Source: Felis catus | Taxonomy: Eukaryota | Direction of reading: 5' to 3' | Length of the DNA: 64,000 bases | NCBI RefSeq assembly: GCF_018350175.1 | Contig: NC_058368.1 | Span: 194,434,001-194,498,000 of the forward strand | Part shown: positions 39,540 through 53,769 of the stretch, in pieces | Numbering within the stretch: the stretch's first letter is position 1 | How the letters are laid out: every line of letters starts with the position of its first letter | The notes under the pieces: model-generated | What the model was told of the DNA's origin: nothing | The model's input: the letters and a program-made list of their open reading frames with translations, nothing else | The model's database searches: none | Position numbers and translations under genes: made by a program

Positions 39540-40180
39540 TTCATATATTTGCTCATGTAGCAAATGCTACTGAGTGTTTGCTGGGTGCCGGCTATTGTGT
39601 CAAGTGCTGGAAACACTGCCGTAAGTGAAATAGATATGGTCCCTACTTGCATGAAGTTTACATTGCAGAAGAGCAAACAAACCACGAGATAAATCAAGTA
39701 AGCACAATAGGATAAAGTAGTGAACCATCAAACACATTACAAGTTGAGATTGCCAGGAAGGTAATAAACTAAGGACTCTAATAAAAAATAAGAGTATGCT
39801 TACTTTAGGTGGGGTGTTCAGGAAAAGACTCTGAGCAAGTGACATTGAAGCTGAGAACTGAACCATGAGGAAGAGGCAGTTTTGCAGTGCACCAGGAGAA
39901 GGAACATTTCAGGCTGAAGTAGCTGCACATGCAAAGACCCTGAGGCAGGAAAGGAAGGTATGTCAAGGAACTGAAAGAATTCTTCTGTCCCTGAAAGGCA
40001 GGGGGTAAGACTGAGAATGAAAAAGGATGAAGTAGAAGTAAGAGCCGACCAAATGCTGTGGGACCTTGCAGAACACAGTGAAGGTGTTGGAATTCATCCA
40101 AATAGAAGAGGAAGTTAATGGAGGATTTCAAGTTGGGAGGATTTCAAAATGATTCTTCTTGCATTTTATGAAGATCACTT
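39540..40180 (-). mobile_element. L2 3' region
   Basis: Reverse L2 motifs (tactgagtgtttgc..gtgcc, tggtccctac, gtgacattgaagctgaga, tgcaaagaccctgaggcagg). Confidence 0.75.
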
Positions 40181-42619
40181 TGTCAAGATCACATGGGCTA
40201 CATTAAAACCCAACAAGGACTAACACTCAGGAATCCCAACTCTGTGCATGGTAATCTTGAACAAGTCAATATTCTCTCCATTGTCACCTCACATCATCAG
40301 TGGGTATGCCAAGAGAGTCGATGGATATAAAAATCTCTTTGACCGAGCAACCAGAGCCAAACTAACCCCAAGAATAAAGAAGCACCTTCCTTCTTTCTTC
40401 AAAGCACCCCAGCATGCACAGAGTGCTCAGTAAAGGCTGGAGAAGGTGACAGCTCTTACCCATTTCTCTTGCATTTTCTCCTCTCTTCCTCACAACAATG
40501 CCAACAGGATATATAATTCCAAGCCTGATTTATATATGAGAGAAATGAGCTGAAGTTAAAATGACTCTTCCATCAACAGGAAGTCAGAATCTAAGACTCT
40601 TGGTGTCTGGCCCCAATCTTAATTAATTATACTTTTTATTAAGTCCCTTCCCCAACAAGAAGCTCTTAAGATCTTCAGCCTGTGACAGTGGGTAAAAAAT
40701 CAATACAAAGTTCCAAACCACCCTTTCTTTTAATAAAATATATATACATTTCTGCTGAGATTCACCAATGTCTCCAGGGAATCCACATGGCTTAGTTTAA
40801 ATTACAACTAACCCAGTGTCACAATAATCCTCTGATATCATCCTATGATGTGAAGTCACCAAGACCCACTGTAAATAGTACTTGAGCTCTAGGAAGGACA
40901 GAAAGAAATATATCAAATGATGCCTCACACTAATGGGTTTGGAGACCAAGAAAGCAAAGATAAAAGAGTAAGAGGTCCTGCTGACAGCTAGACTGGACAT
41001 GTGCTAACAAGTCAGCTCTGAGCCCTGATAGTGTTCACTTATCTCCTCGAGGCTTCAGGTCCATTCATAATACCCTCCAAAGTGAGCCAGGCTTTATTAG
41101 GAGGTTCCGGTCAGGGGCCTTAAGTGACTAAATAAAGTTTAATATTTGGGGTGGGGAGTCTTCTGGATTTATTTTCATTTCCATCAATTCACATGCTGAA
41201 GAAGATAAAGTTTGTTCTCTAAAAGCCTTTGGAAGCAGAATTTAGTGGAAGAACATATCAGACAAAGAGATGGGGAAAAAAGATGCTTCATCTTCCAGCT
41301 CAATCAACCTGCCTCTTGCTTACTGGGTAGCTTAAAGAGGCTCTCCCACCTAGGCCTTTTTTTTTTGCTCATCTCTAAGCGGAAAAGTTAGCTTAGATTA
41401 TTTCTCAGGGCTCCTTAGCTCTAATAATCCATCATTTTTTATACAAACGCCAAATTACTCTCAACAGGTCATGAATCTGAGCTTTTCTAGAGACAACAAA
41501 GGGTTAATAGGAAGACATCCAAGTAGTTCTCCGTTTTATCTATTACTAGTGGTGCCTATGTGTACATGTGTATATACTGGACAGTTTATGACTATCCAAA
41601 GAAAAAACAAGACTGCCAGTTCTTCAAGGAACTGGGAGATGTCTTTGCTAACCTGGGAGCCTTCATGAATATGTTTATGAAAAACAATATAATTACAACA
41701 AAATAAAATACCTGTGTGAGGACCTGCATCCATCCCATTTACTGCCAAGGGCTCATCTTCATTAACTCCAATACCCCTTCAGTGACGAAGCACATACATG
41801 AGGAGGAAAGGAGATAGGCTTATGACTCCTCAGTCCTCTACTACCTCTAACTTGGGATACGTTCATGCTGGTCTGTGTTCAGGCCTATATTCCAGCATTA
41901 CCATGGCAACATTTTCCCATCAGTGAAACATGACATGGTAATGAAGACAGCTGCTGTATAATGAGCTGGGCCTAAGCAAGGACAGAGCCTCAAAAGGGTA
42001 GAGGGGAAGGATTACAAGGGCTTGCATCCTGGTCCTTATCAGAAGAGTTTCCCTGGGAGAGGGAAATGGATTATACACAATTCTTATGTCAAGACTTGGA
42101 GTTCAATGTTTCAGACATTTTGGCTGCTAATTTGTGACATTCTCATCAGGCCTGGCCTCTGTGACTACTATAAATTGCATCTTGATCATCCAAATGTGTA
42201 CTTCCCACTCATGACAAATGTGTCAGTGTGTGGGAATTCATTTGATGGTTGCAGACCTCTGACCATGGAGATTTATTTTCCTGGAGGTTCCAAGGCTATC
42301 TTTTCTTCATTTGCAGTAACTAAGAAGGAATCCAAGAGCTGGAACTCTTCAGTGTTGTGGAGAGATGGTATCACTTGGGGAAAACCCATTGGTCTTACTT
42401 CATTTTTCTATCCCCAGCGTGAAGCACAAAGTCTTGCATTTGGTAGGAACTGGTGCCTGGATGGAAACTTACATTATCCATCACCCCTGTCACTAATAAG
42501 TAGGCTCCTCTTATTCACTACTGCACCTTAGGTGCCAGAACAATGTCTGGCTTAATAAATGTGTGTTGACTGACTTATTGACCAGCTTCAAGTGGGCCTT
42601 TATCATGTCCAGTAACCTT

Positions 42620-44855
42620 ATAATTTTTTATTAATTCAGTTTCCTACTTGCTGATGAGCCTATTTCAGTCATCTCCACTCTCCTCAAACTGCCAGCCCTA
42701 CTCTGACCTTTTCTCCGTCCCAACTCCCTCTCCCTGTCACATCTTTGATGACTCTCAGCAGAAACCCTGGCCTTGTACTTTACAAAGAAACTGGAGGCCA
42801 TCAGACAAAGGCCAGAGTCCCTCAACTTCCTGCTACAAAATCTAGAAACCATCTTCCCTTTTCTCACAATAAAGGAAACATCTCTTCCTCTTTCCCAAGG
42901 CAAGCTCTACCAGCTGTGATTTGCACGCTCCCTTTCCCACATTCCCAGGAATCTTACACTTGAAGTGTCCCTTGGCTGTGTCATATGTACTCATTCATCC
43001 CCGTGTCCTTCCTCTCTTCCCCCTTTCTTTGCCTCCCGCAGCATCTTTCTTCCCTGTTTCTCTTTCAGAGGGGTGCTTTGTGCTCTTAAATGAATCTCTT
43101 TCATTAAAAAAAAACAACAACAATTTTTCACTCAACTCAAAATTACCTTCTTGCACAGCATGTCTCTTCTTCCCCTTCTCAGCCAAACTTCTCAAAATAA
43201 TGTCTACAATTGCTGCCTATTAATAAATCCTCATTTCCTCTCATCTTTCTAAGTCCCCAATTAGTGAAATCTGCATGCCCCATCAATGATGAAATCTGCA
43301 TGCCCCATCATTGTGTTTATATACCTGTCATAAAGTCATCCATGATTTTGCCTTGACTTGTTAAAGAATTCAACTTTTTGGGGCACCTGGGTGGCTCAGT
43401 CAGTTGAGCGTCCGACTTCAGCTCAGGTCATGATCTCATGGTTTGTGGGTTCGAGTCCCGTGTCAGGCTCTGTGCTGACAGCTCAGAGCCTGGAGTCTGC
43501 TTCAGCTTCTGTCTCCCTCTCTATCTGCCCCTCCCCTGCTCACCTTCTGTCTCTGTCTCTCTACCTCAAAAATAAATAAACATTTTTTAAAAAATTTAAA
43601 AAAAGAATTCAACTTCTTAACCTTGTATTAGTTTTACTCCTCTTTTCTTGGGCTCTTTGGGGGAGGTTCTATCTTGATACTAAATGTTGGCGTTTCTCAA
43701 GATTCCAATCTAAATCTCCTTCTCATCTGTATTCTTTCCCTAGTCAACCTCACCCATGCCAGCAGCTATAATTATCTTCTATAGGCAAAATCTCACATTT
43801 TCTATCACTAGTCAAGGTCTCCCTGTGAGTTCTAGACACCTATATCCAACCTCCTCTGGGTTTTTACACATAGCCATCACAAAGACATATCAAATTCAGC
43901 GTATCTAAAATTAAACTCATGACTTTTCCCCCTCAGCTCAGACTTACACTGATGCTTAAATTAATGTGAATGGACCTAGCTTTTAACTGGCACAACTGAA
44001 TGTATCACCATCCATTCAATAAATGATTCCATGGATGGGTAATCCTTTCAATTATACCAGCTAAAACTTAGTAATCGTGGTTGTCATATTCCTCTCCTAC
44101 ACTCTCTATATCCAATCAAACACCAAGTTTGTTTTACTTCTTTAAATAGATCTCCAATCTATCCAGTTCTCTTCATCTCTACTCCATAACCCCAGTGTAA
44201 ACCACCCTCATTTGCCTTATAGACTCCTACATTTCCTGATATACTTTACTTCTACTGTTAACCCCTCAAATCTGTTCATACAGCAGCTGGAATACTGTTG
44301 CAAAATGCAAACCCGGTCATATCATACTCCCTTGCTTATGATTCAATAGCTTCATATCATTGTTAGCTGAGTGCCAGAATAGTCAAAATGACCCATAAGG
44401 TCCATAAGGGTGGCTGTACTGCCCTCTCCAGGCTCTTTTCATACCTAATGCCCATTTGCTCTCTGCACTCCAGCCACATGACATCCTTCATTTGGTTTCC
44501 CAGATAAATCATGCTTTTGTTAGGCATGGACTCCTTTCATATTCATTTCATTGCTAAAACTCTACCCCTGAGCTCCATCACTTGGTTAACTCCTATGCAT
44601 CCTCCAATATCACTACTAACTCAGACTTCTTGGCCCTTGCAGACAAGGACAAGTCTCCATACACACTTTCTAAGCACACTGTATTTCTCTTTCAGTATAG
44701 TTACTCCAGTCATAATCATATAGCAACTTAAGTGTTTATTTGATTAAATGACTATCCTGCTACTAGATTCTAAGTTCTATGAGGGCAGAATTATACCTAG
44801 CATAGTATCCGATAAACAGTTTAAATACTAATTAATGAATAAACAAATGAACAAT
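42620..44855 (+). mobile_element. Long L2 remnant (interrupted by a SINE)
   Basis: Pyrimidine-rich L2 3' sequence ending ctagattctaagttctatgagggcag...atgaataaacaaatgaa. Confidence 0.7.
43380..43601 (+). mobile_element. Can-SINE with TSD
   Basis: TSD aaagaattcaactt(t/c)tt at about 43363-43379 and 43602-43618. Confidence 0.95.
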
Positions 44856-46401
44856 GTATTCAATAAATGCTGGTAGTGGTATTAATAGTAAGGATAGAGC
44901 CATAACTCTTTTTCTGTAGACAAATAAATCTAGGGAAAGAGAGTACCTTGAACCCAAGCCCAGCCATGTTCTTTTACATAGCTAATCATGTTTCCATTTT
45001 TTCTGAGTCCTAAATACACCTATGGCCTACTCTGGCAAAGCCAAGAGAACCAGTGAAATAAGGATATAAAAATGTTACCTTCACAGTTCAGCTTGTGGAC
45101 CTCTGTTATTATCTGTCTGGTTTCCTCCTCCCTTCTTCTAGTTGGGAATGGACCTCCTCTGTAATTCGTATTAGCCAAGAAATCTACGCTAAGCCAATCT
45201 CGTTATTTCTTTGAGGAATCTGGCTCTTAAACAGAGATCCAAAATGAGGGATAATAGTGGGAATTAAGCATCAAATGACAGTGACCTGAAGGTGCTGCTC
45301 ATGAGTATCCCCTACTTGGCCCTTCAAGAGCTAACACTGTTCCTTCCTGGCTTGAAGCCAGGTTGTTTGCCTCATCCTTTAACTTCTTGAATTACCCAGT
45401 TTGCCACAACTAAGTTGTGTTTATTTATTTGTTTGCTTCTATCATATTATTAATGCTCTTCATCAAAGAAAATTAACTGATGTAGTCCAGAAGATTAAAT
45501 TAACAAATAAGATTCTATCCCATATCAAAAATATATCTTCGAGTTTTCATATAACATTTACAAAACTTAATTATAAGTCAGAATAAAGAAAAACATCTCA
45601 AAATTTTCAAAAGGCGGAAGTTATATAATTAACACTTTAAAATGAAAGATTAAAAAAAACGCTCACATTTAATCATGTAAAAAATTAATCCCAGATTTAC
45701 AAATCACTTTCAACTAAAATGTGATTGAAGACAAAAATCGATATTACATTTATGCACCCTACTTTAAATCATTTATTAAATGCCTACCATGTGCCAACAT
45801 ACTGGCCAGTGATCGCATCTTTTTATTAGATCAAGCTCCTTGAATTCTTAGTACAAGAAAATAGCATTTATTGAATGCTTACTGTATTCAAAACACTGTG
45901 TTGTTTGCATCCATATTGCCACGTGATCCTCACAGGCATCCCAATGAGTTAGAATTTGCTAATCCCACCTGACTGAGAAAACTCTGCTTAGACAGGCCAT
46001 GTCATTTGCCCAAATGCAGTTTCAAGTGGCCAAACTAAACTTCAGCCTACCTGTCACAGAGCCTTAGTGCTTCTCGCTACACCATTAACCGTTTTTGTGC
46101 CATCACGAAACAGCAAAGCCTATGAGAGAAACATCAGATGAGGTGACCAGAAAGAGACTGTGGGAAACCTGATGACCACAAATAAGACAAATGTCACACA
46201 AGCAGCAAATGTGCTGGCCTTCCATTCCCCCCCCCCTTCTTTCCTTCATGTAAATACCCACCCATTTAGCAAAACATGATTGAGTACTCCTTCTGCTTTG
46301 TATGCAGCAGAACTGTGCTAGCCGTGGAAATGGAACAGTGAGTAAGTAAAACAGCACCCTGCCATCATTAATCTTAATATCCTCGTTGGGAAGAGTGAGG
46401 A

Positions 46402-46623
46402 TTTATTTTTTAAATTTTACTTATTTATTTTGAGAGAGAGAAAGAGAGTGAGAGAGAGGGAACACAAGCAGTGTAGGGGCAGAGACAGAGGGAGAGAATC
46501 CCAAGCAGACTCTGCACTGTCAGCACAGAACCTGACGCGGGCTCAGACCCACAAACAGTGAGATCATGACCTAAGCCGAAATCAAGGGTTGGATGCTCAA
46601 CCAGATGAGCCACACACACGCCC
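46402..46623 (-). mobile_element. Can-SINE
   Basis: aagagtga at 46391-46398 and 46625-46632. Confidence 0.92.
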
Positions 46624-47627
46624 TAAGAGTGAAACCACAAACATCTCTTGGAAACTACAAAGTGTTATTGGAACTCAAAACAACCTGTAAGTGAATTGGG
46701 AATAATCCATGCTTTTATGCATAAGGCTACTGAAATGTGTACATATAAAATAACTTGCCCAAGAACCCATGAGACCAAACATAGTCCTCTTAGATGCCAG
46801 AACTGGGGCTGGCGTACCCATTTTCTGACTGATGAGACAGGGTATTCCATCCACTGTTACTCTATTAGTCCCCATTTTCTTCACTGACCTACATCATGAC
46901 ACTAGCCTTTCCATTGAAATAACCAATGGCAAACCTCAGCTGGAGAGTCTGAGGAAGAACTAATGAAGAGCATATATCATTCTGAAGAGTGTTGGCATTC
47001 TTAGTTTATATTCCTTTCAACTTCAACTGCTGTTTATATTTCTCTTCACAGCCCGCTTTGCTATTCCTGGAAAAGACTCATTCCATAATATTACATTTCC
47101 CCTCTCTCCTTGATTTTGGTGTTTGGCCCTAAGGGCAGCTACCAGACTAATTTTAAAAGCAGGTTGTTTAAATTAAGAAGTGCATGCCTGTGCGTATGCG
47201 TGTATGTGTGTGCATGTGTGTATCAGAGGTGGGAAGGGGAGGAGGAGAGAGACGGAAAGAGATAACAAGCTTGGGAAAGAACAAACATGATTAGAAACTA
47301 AAGCATAAAGAGATTACCAATTTTTATTTTAACTTAGGACAAGTCACCGCAAACAGATAATCCCTGGGTTTCCTCTAGCTCAGAGAGTCAACAGCTCAAA
47401 ATTCATTCTGTATAAAGCAATGCCTACTCCTTCCAGTATTACCCCAGGTATTGCTGTGAACTTGATGCAAGAATGGCTAGAAGAGTTGGAACAACCCTAA
47501 AAGCCTTGCCCACTCATCCAGCATCTCGCCTAGTCCTCATACTATGCCCAGTTCCCTCCACTTGCAATCACTTCTAGACTCACAGGATCATACTGATTAA
47601 GACAGAACTGGACAGGACATCTGGTCC

Positions 47628-47785
47628 AGGGATTTTCATACTCTAATGTAGAAACAAATCTCCTGGAAGTCCTCTTACAACGCACACTGATTCAGGAGGT
47701 CTGGGCTGGGCCCCAAATCGTGCATTTCTAATAAGCTCCCACATGATACTGATGCTGTTGGTCTGTGGACAACACTGAGTAGTGA
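47628..47785. mobile_element. MER5A
   Basis: ctgattcaggaggtctgggctgggcccc...tgcatttctaataagctccc. Confidence 0.7.
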
Positions 47786-48498
47786 GAAGCTTATTCATTT
47801 TTGTCCGATTTATAATCCTTTCCAGCAGAAAGGTCTCTAATCTCTCTAAATATCTTCCCTGCTAAGGGGTCCCTGCCTCTCACAGAGCTTCCTTTATTTT
47901 TATTCAGAGAATTCAGAGAATCATTCGAAATCTCATCCTTAATTTAAGTCAATACTCACTTGTTAGTAGCATCTTTACTTGGCTCAAAGAAGCTACATGG
48001 AAAACACTGAATTCATCTTCCACATGACAATCTCTTAGAGACTGACAAACCGCTCAATCATTGTACCCTACTGAAGTGCTCATTCCCTGAGGCCAAATCT
48101 TTCCCCAGGCTCTGTGCTATCACTTTTCTGACTTCTAATCTCATTACTATCTTGGCTGCCTTCATCTGACTCTTATCAAAATTCCAACAATTTACTGGGA
48201 TGTCATCTTTTAGTGTCCTTTTCTGTGATGTTTGCCGAGGTCTAGCTTGCTGTTTATTTATTGCTTAATGTTAGGGAAATTGTGTGAAAAGGCATTTCAA
48301 AGAAAAAAATAGAAAATGATCATTAAACATTTAGAAAAAAAAAACAGTCAAGTTTAACCCAATGAAAACAATACCGTACCCCAAAAAGTAGTGTTGGCAA
48401 GGCTTTGGGGGCATGTGAATGTAAATTCAAATTCACAGAGGAACTGTAAATTTAAGTAGTCTTTTTAGAAAACCAGAGAGTGAAAGGTGAATATAACA

Positions 48499-48658
48499 TT
48501 TTTTTTTAAATGTTTACTTATTTATTTTGGGAGAGAGGGGCAGAGAGAGAATCCCAAGCAGGCTCCCTACACAGGGCTCCATCCCACCAACTTGAGATCA
48601 TGACCTGAGCTGAAATCAAGACTCGGATGCTCAACTGATTGAGCCACGGAGGTGCCCC
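48499..48658 (-). mobile_element. Short Can-SINE with internal deletions
   Basis: Head and tail present, body shortened; flanked by tgaa..taac.tttt. Confidence 0.85.
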
Positions 48659-49262
48659 TGAACTTAACTTTTTTTAAGTCTCTAACACGGGCTTACAAAA
48701 AAGTTACAAAAAAGTATATTTAGGGTTAATCCTTAATCCTATATTTTTTGGCACAGAAATTCTACTTATATGAACCCAGTTATTGGAAATATTTTCATCT
48801 CAGTCAATTCTCCCTTACCCTAAATTTGATAACACTACTATTGTTACTATGGGGACTTCTTCAACTAGGAATACTAATAATAACTATCATTTATTAAGAA
48901 CTTAACCATATGTCAGGTACACAGATGAACTCCTAGAGCCTTGGAATAAATACTGAAATTGTTTCAATTTTTACAGTGGTAGAAATAGTGACTCTGAGAG
49001 GTCCAGTATCTTCTCAAGCTCACATAGTCAGAATATGATAGATCTGGACACTCAGTAGTCCTATTATCTGTACTTCCTATCTCTAACTCCTCCCACCATC
49101 TCCACTGCCACATCTAAGCCCAAATGATCATCACTTCTTACTTGGATTACTGAAATACCTTATATCCCCTCATCTTCCTCACCTCCATTCATTTCTTCAC
49201 TGTAGCAAAAAAAGGATCTTTCTGAGGATTAAGTCATTCTCCTGCTTAGAATGTAATTTTCA

Positions 49263-49495
49263 GGGGCGCCTGGATGGTTCAGTCGGCTGAACGTCTGACT
49301 TCGGCTCAGGTCATGATCTCGCAGTCTGGTCCATGAGTTTGAGCCGTGCATCGGGCTCTGTGCTGACAGCTCAGAACCTGGAGTCTGTTTCAGATTCTGT
49401 GTCTCCCTCTCTCTCTGACCCTCCCCCGTTCATGTTCTGTCTCTCTCTGTCTCAAAAGTAAATAAACGTTAAGAAAAAAATTTAAAAAAAGAGAG
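49263..49495 (+). mobile_element. Can-SINE (SINEC_Fc) with 15-bp TSD
   Basis: TSD agaatgtaattttca at 49248-49262 and 49496-49510. Confidence 0.96.
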
Positions 49496-50486
49496 AGAAT
49501 GTAATTTTCATTGGCTTTTTTAATAGCAAAAGGAAGAAACAAAGACCTTGGTGTGGCCTACAGGTCTCTCCATGGTCCCCATCTCTCAACATGCCCCCAA
49601 CACCTATTCCTCATGGGTACTAGACCCCCCCTCCCCACCACCACAGGACATTTGCACATGTTCTTTGCTTTGCCTGGAATATTCTTCTCCTGGCCTCCAA
49701 CCCAAAACTTCATGTTAGTTTCTTCTCACCTCTCAGATCTCAGAACTAGATCACATCTTATAGTTTTATTAATAAAGTACCTCTTTTGTGTAACCCTGCT
49801 ATAATTTTATATTATTTATATTATTAATTAGTCTGTCTCTCCAACTGGCCCACAAAAAAACGCTGACTAGATTTAGTCAAAATACCTTCTACAGCAGCTG
49901 GCACGCTGAATGGTGTCATCTACAAGGACTCTTTATATAAAGAGCACTAATGTGGCAAATTGCCACTTACTTTATTCTGTCGGCTAATTTATACAAGAAC
50001 AATATGGATGTGCTTCAGTGTAAAAGCATTTTGACAGGTTCTATTAACTTGGGTGCATAATATTTTATTTTTTAACTTAAATAAGAAGTCCCTTAAAATA
50101 AGATTCCCAGAACTGAGTGCATGCATGTCAGCTCTGAACTGACCTTTGGATGAATATGTTGTATCCAGAGGAACACTGCTTAAAGGTAGCGATCCCTGAA
50201 ACGCAAGACTCAGTAATTCATATGAGAATAAAATAGAATTTGTTACATGGTAATCCTGAGTCATGATTCGTGGCAAAGGCCTCGCAGTCAGATAACAAAG
50301 GGTCAAGTCTGCTTGGGTTCAGATCCTGTCTGGATCCTGTAACTGATAATAATTAACCATGTGAATTTGTGAGGCATCTCATCTTTACAAATCCTAGATT
50401 TTCTCATCTGTAAAATGTGAATCACAAAACTATCTCTTCAATGGGTTTTGTTTTGAGGATTGTATTAAAGAATTCAAGTAGAATAC

Positions 50487-50862
50487 TGTTGGAGGAGGTC
50501 ATCAAGAGGATGTGACCACCAGTTGACCCATAAGCTGGACTCCTCATACCCTCTCCTGTCCTTGAAATGTATGTTCTGTCCACAGAACCTGCCTGAGAGC
50601 TATTCCAAGAACACAGCCTTGAGAGAGTAAGGTGTTGCTGAGACCATCCAGACAGTACATGTGATTGAACCCAGTTAAGGCCTCTCTTTTAAGATTCTAG
50701 CAGGCAGGTGCAGAAATCTGCTTGTTTAATGGCCACCCAGGACAAGCCTTGTACATACATTCCCTTGCTCGTTAAACCTATGCCTACCAATCTAGAGTGA
50801 TCTGTCTTGTTCTTCAGTCTCTCCTTGCTCTCCATGTATGGGAACCAGTTTGCAAACCGACA
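50487..50862 (+). mobile_element. Solo LTR (probably a carnivore/laurasiatherian ERV) inserted into a MIR
   Basis: TG...CA termini; the MIR continues on both sides (ttctcatctgtaaaatg ... agcacttacatagctcctggcaca). The TSD is degenerate (aatac/agcac). Confidence 0.65.
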
Positions 50863-51575
50863 AGCACTTACATAGCTCCTGGCACACAGCACTCGATCAT
50901 GGAGGTTGGCATTGCCATTGCTGCTGCTGCTGCTGTTGGTAATGATATTTTTCCCTTTGAGAGGTGTGAAGCTTAAAGGAATAAGATTTTCAACATTATT
51001 GGGGCAGGACTTTCAGCCAATGGGGACTTTTATCTTCTTTTAAAACATACCATATTGTCACGTGCTGACTTTCACGAGTCACATTCTGATCTGCAGAGAA
51101 AACTGTCTATTCTGGAGGCCGCTCAGGTATCTACCTTCATACAGATGTAATTACTAAAGTCTCCATCTGTTGGTGGTTTAAGCACCCTTAGCCATTCTCT
51201 GTTTCCAATCAATATCAGTCATTGAGACTAGAGTGGAAACTGATTTTATTTCTATCAAAGAGCTTCCAAAGAAATCAGCAGCTGCCATGATCCGCTTCCC
51301 AGATACGTGACATCTCCTGTCACAGAAATCCCCACTGACTTTCTGGGAAATTGTGAATCCAGAGAGGTATCTGTGAAAATTTGTCTAAATCAAGGATCTC
51401 TTCTCCTTTCTCTTTTATAAATCCACCAAAGCGCACACCAAACAAAACAAGGCCTTTTCCTCACCTGCACTGCACAGATGAAAAGAGAGCCTGTCTCACA
51501 GGATTATTGCAAAGATTACGCATGTTAATACATGTAAGATGCTTAAAGTAGTGCCTGGGAAGAATAATTATTTAA

Positions 51576-52000
51576 CAAACATCAGCTAGTATTTTCTTTT
51601 AATTTTATAGATTTTAGTAGATGCTACCGGTACCTTCATGCCACATCCCCCTGGCCCACCTGATGCAAGCCACAGCTACAAAAAGTAGCCCTGTCCATGC
51701 TCAGACTTACCTCTGCTGATAGAGGTGTGCCATAAATTCAGGCTGTATTTCTATCCCATAACCTTCTCTGACAACACGGAAGCTTGTTCAACCCATGAGC
51801 ATCCCCTCAGAGATGTAGGGACGTACTGCCCTCAAACAATGGGGGACAGAAATTGGTGGATAAAAACTTAAGCTCCTTTTCATTGAGGTGAACACTTTTG
51901 AGAGGTTTTCTATTTACTTATCAGGAAATCCCAGTGGAATTGACCCCCAGTGGTGGCTACCTTGGGTTTTCTATACATGAGCTTCCCCTCTTTCCTTAAG
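51576..52000 (+). mobile_element. ERVL LTR (LTR16/LTR33-like), degraded
   Basis: gtagatgct...ccacatccccctggcccacc, aatggggga.agaaattggtggataaa, cccagtggaattga.ccccagt. Confidence 0.5.
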
Positions 52001-52439
52001 TGTCATCCAAATATGTTGTCAAATATTTGGAGGTGACCCCGATATCCCACTTCCGTCTTCTTCAGGCAAAACATTCCCAACCTGTGTCAAACATTGCCTT
52101 CAGGATACTATGCCCCTCATCAATCTCACCATCTTCACATGGCTAGAAGGTGCAGATCCAGACTCAGGTGAGCTGGGGAATTGATGTGCATATACTTTCT
52201 TAGCGGCTACTTTGACTTGCTCTTCTGTACTGATAGTTCATTAAAACTGAAGAGTCCTTTTCACAGTAACACTCCCAACCACATCTCCCAGTCTTTAAGT
52301 CTTTTTGACCTCCCCCAAATAAATACATTTTTATTATTAAATTATTATCTTATCACATGTCTTATTATTACATACTTATTTAAAATGCTGTACTATTTTA
52401 AATAATATGTATTGAGCATTTCATCAGGAACTATTTCAC

Positions 52440-52605
52440 TCTACCAGCAATCCTAAAAGGCAGTACTGCTATTTTACTCATTTTGTTGATGGGATAATTG
52501 AGACTCACAGAGGTTAAAGAAGTTCCTTATGGTCACACAGCTAGTAAGAGGAATGCCTAGGATTTGAACCCCAAGCCTACACTAGAGTCTATGCCTTTAT
52601 CACTT
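52440..52605 (-). mobile_element. MIR
   Basis: ggtcacacagctagtaaga...ggatttgaacccc. Confidence 0.75.
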
Positions 52606-52784
52606 CTATATCATCTCCCTGCATCAAGCCTGTTATCGCATCCCTTATTAGACATCATTCTGTTTGATTCAATCTACCTTTCAAAACAGAGATATGCCTT
52701 TGAATCTTTAATTTGTTTTCCTGTATAGTGTGTATCTTCCCCAGCCTAGAGTTCACATCTGCTACTGGTCATCCTTATAATTTT

Positions 52785-53014
52785 TTTTTATTTTTTTTTT
52801 GCAATATTTGTTTATTATATTATTGAGAGAGAGAGACAGAGACAGAGCTTGAGTGTGGGAGGGGCAGAGAAAGAGGGAGACACAGAATCTGAAGCAGGTT
52901 CCAGGCTCTGAGCTGTCAGCACAGAGCCCAATGCAGGGCTCAAACTCACAAACCGGGAGATCATGACCTGAGCCAAAGTCAGCCGCTCAACCGACTGAGC
53001 CACCCACACTCCCC
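52785..53014 (-). mobile_element. Can-SINE with TSD
   Basis: tca(t/c)ccttataatttt on both flanks. Confidence 0.94.
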
Positions 53015-53188
53015 TGTTCACCCTTATAATTTTAATGACCCTGCACCTCAATGAGATACTGCATCCCAATACTTAAACTCTATCAGAAATATATATTAAA
53101 GTTTCTTAATAGTGATCTTAACGACAAAGCCCATCATGAACGAGAGGGCTCAAGTTCTGGCTCTGCCATGACTTGCTATCTAAGTCAC

Positions 53189-53580
53189 TGTTAAGGCTGT
53201 TCCACAAATTTTCCCGGTTCTCCATCTTCTGTGCACACGGTAGGAGAGCACTTCCTGCCCCTATTGTGTTTGAGTGGATGCACATGATTAGTCTTGGCCA
53301 AAGAGCTGTGAGCCATGAGCAAAGGTGGCATGTATTACTTACTTCTGGACTAGAGCTTATGATTACCTGAGACCTTCCAGAGCTCATTTTCTATTGCAAT
53401 GATCAGCAAAGTCCCAGATAGTGATCATCCCATCAGCCTGGGTCCCAGAGTGAGTACAGCATGGGACAGGCCCTCCTAGGGACCAATGACAAATTTGTAG
53501 TGAGAAACAAATTGTTGCTGTTTTAAACCACTGAGATGTCATTCCTTACAGCAGCATAAACTGCCCCATCGTGACCAACA
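53189..53580 (+). mobile_element. MaLR LTR (MLT1I/J-like)
   Basis: cacttcctgcccct, cacatgattagtcttggccaa, catcagcctgggtccc, tgttttaaaccactgaga. Confidence 0.7.
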
Positions 53581-53769
53581 TATTATTCTTGGACAAGCCA
53601 CTTGACCTCTTTCGTCTCAGTTTTATCATTCAACTTAACAAATAAAAAGGAAAAAATAATTAACATTTGGTGAGCATCTCTTAAGGATAAGATGCTTTAA
53701 GATAAGTACTCTCATTTAATCTTCTCAACAACCACATAAGGTACCATCCCTTGCAAAAATATTTCTGAA

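Noticed and set aside
42022..42531. 169-aa ORF
   Set aside because: TTG start, no recognisable homology, and it runs into repeat-derived sequence.
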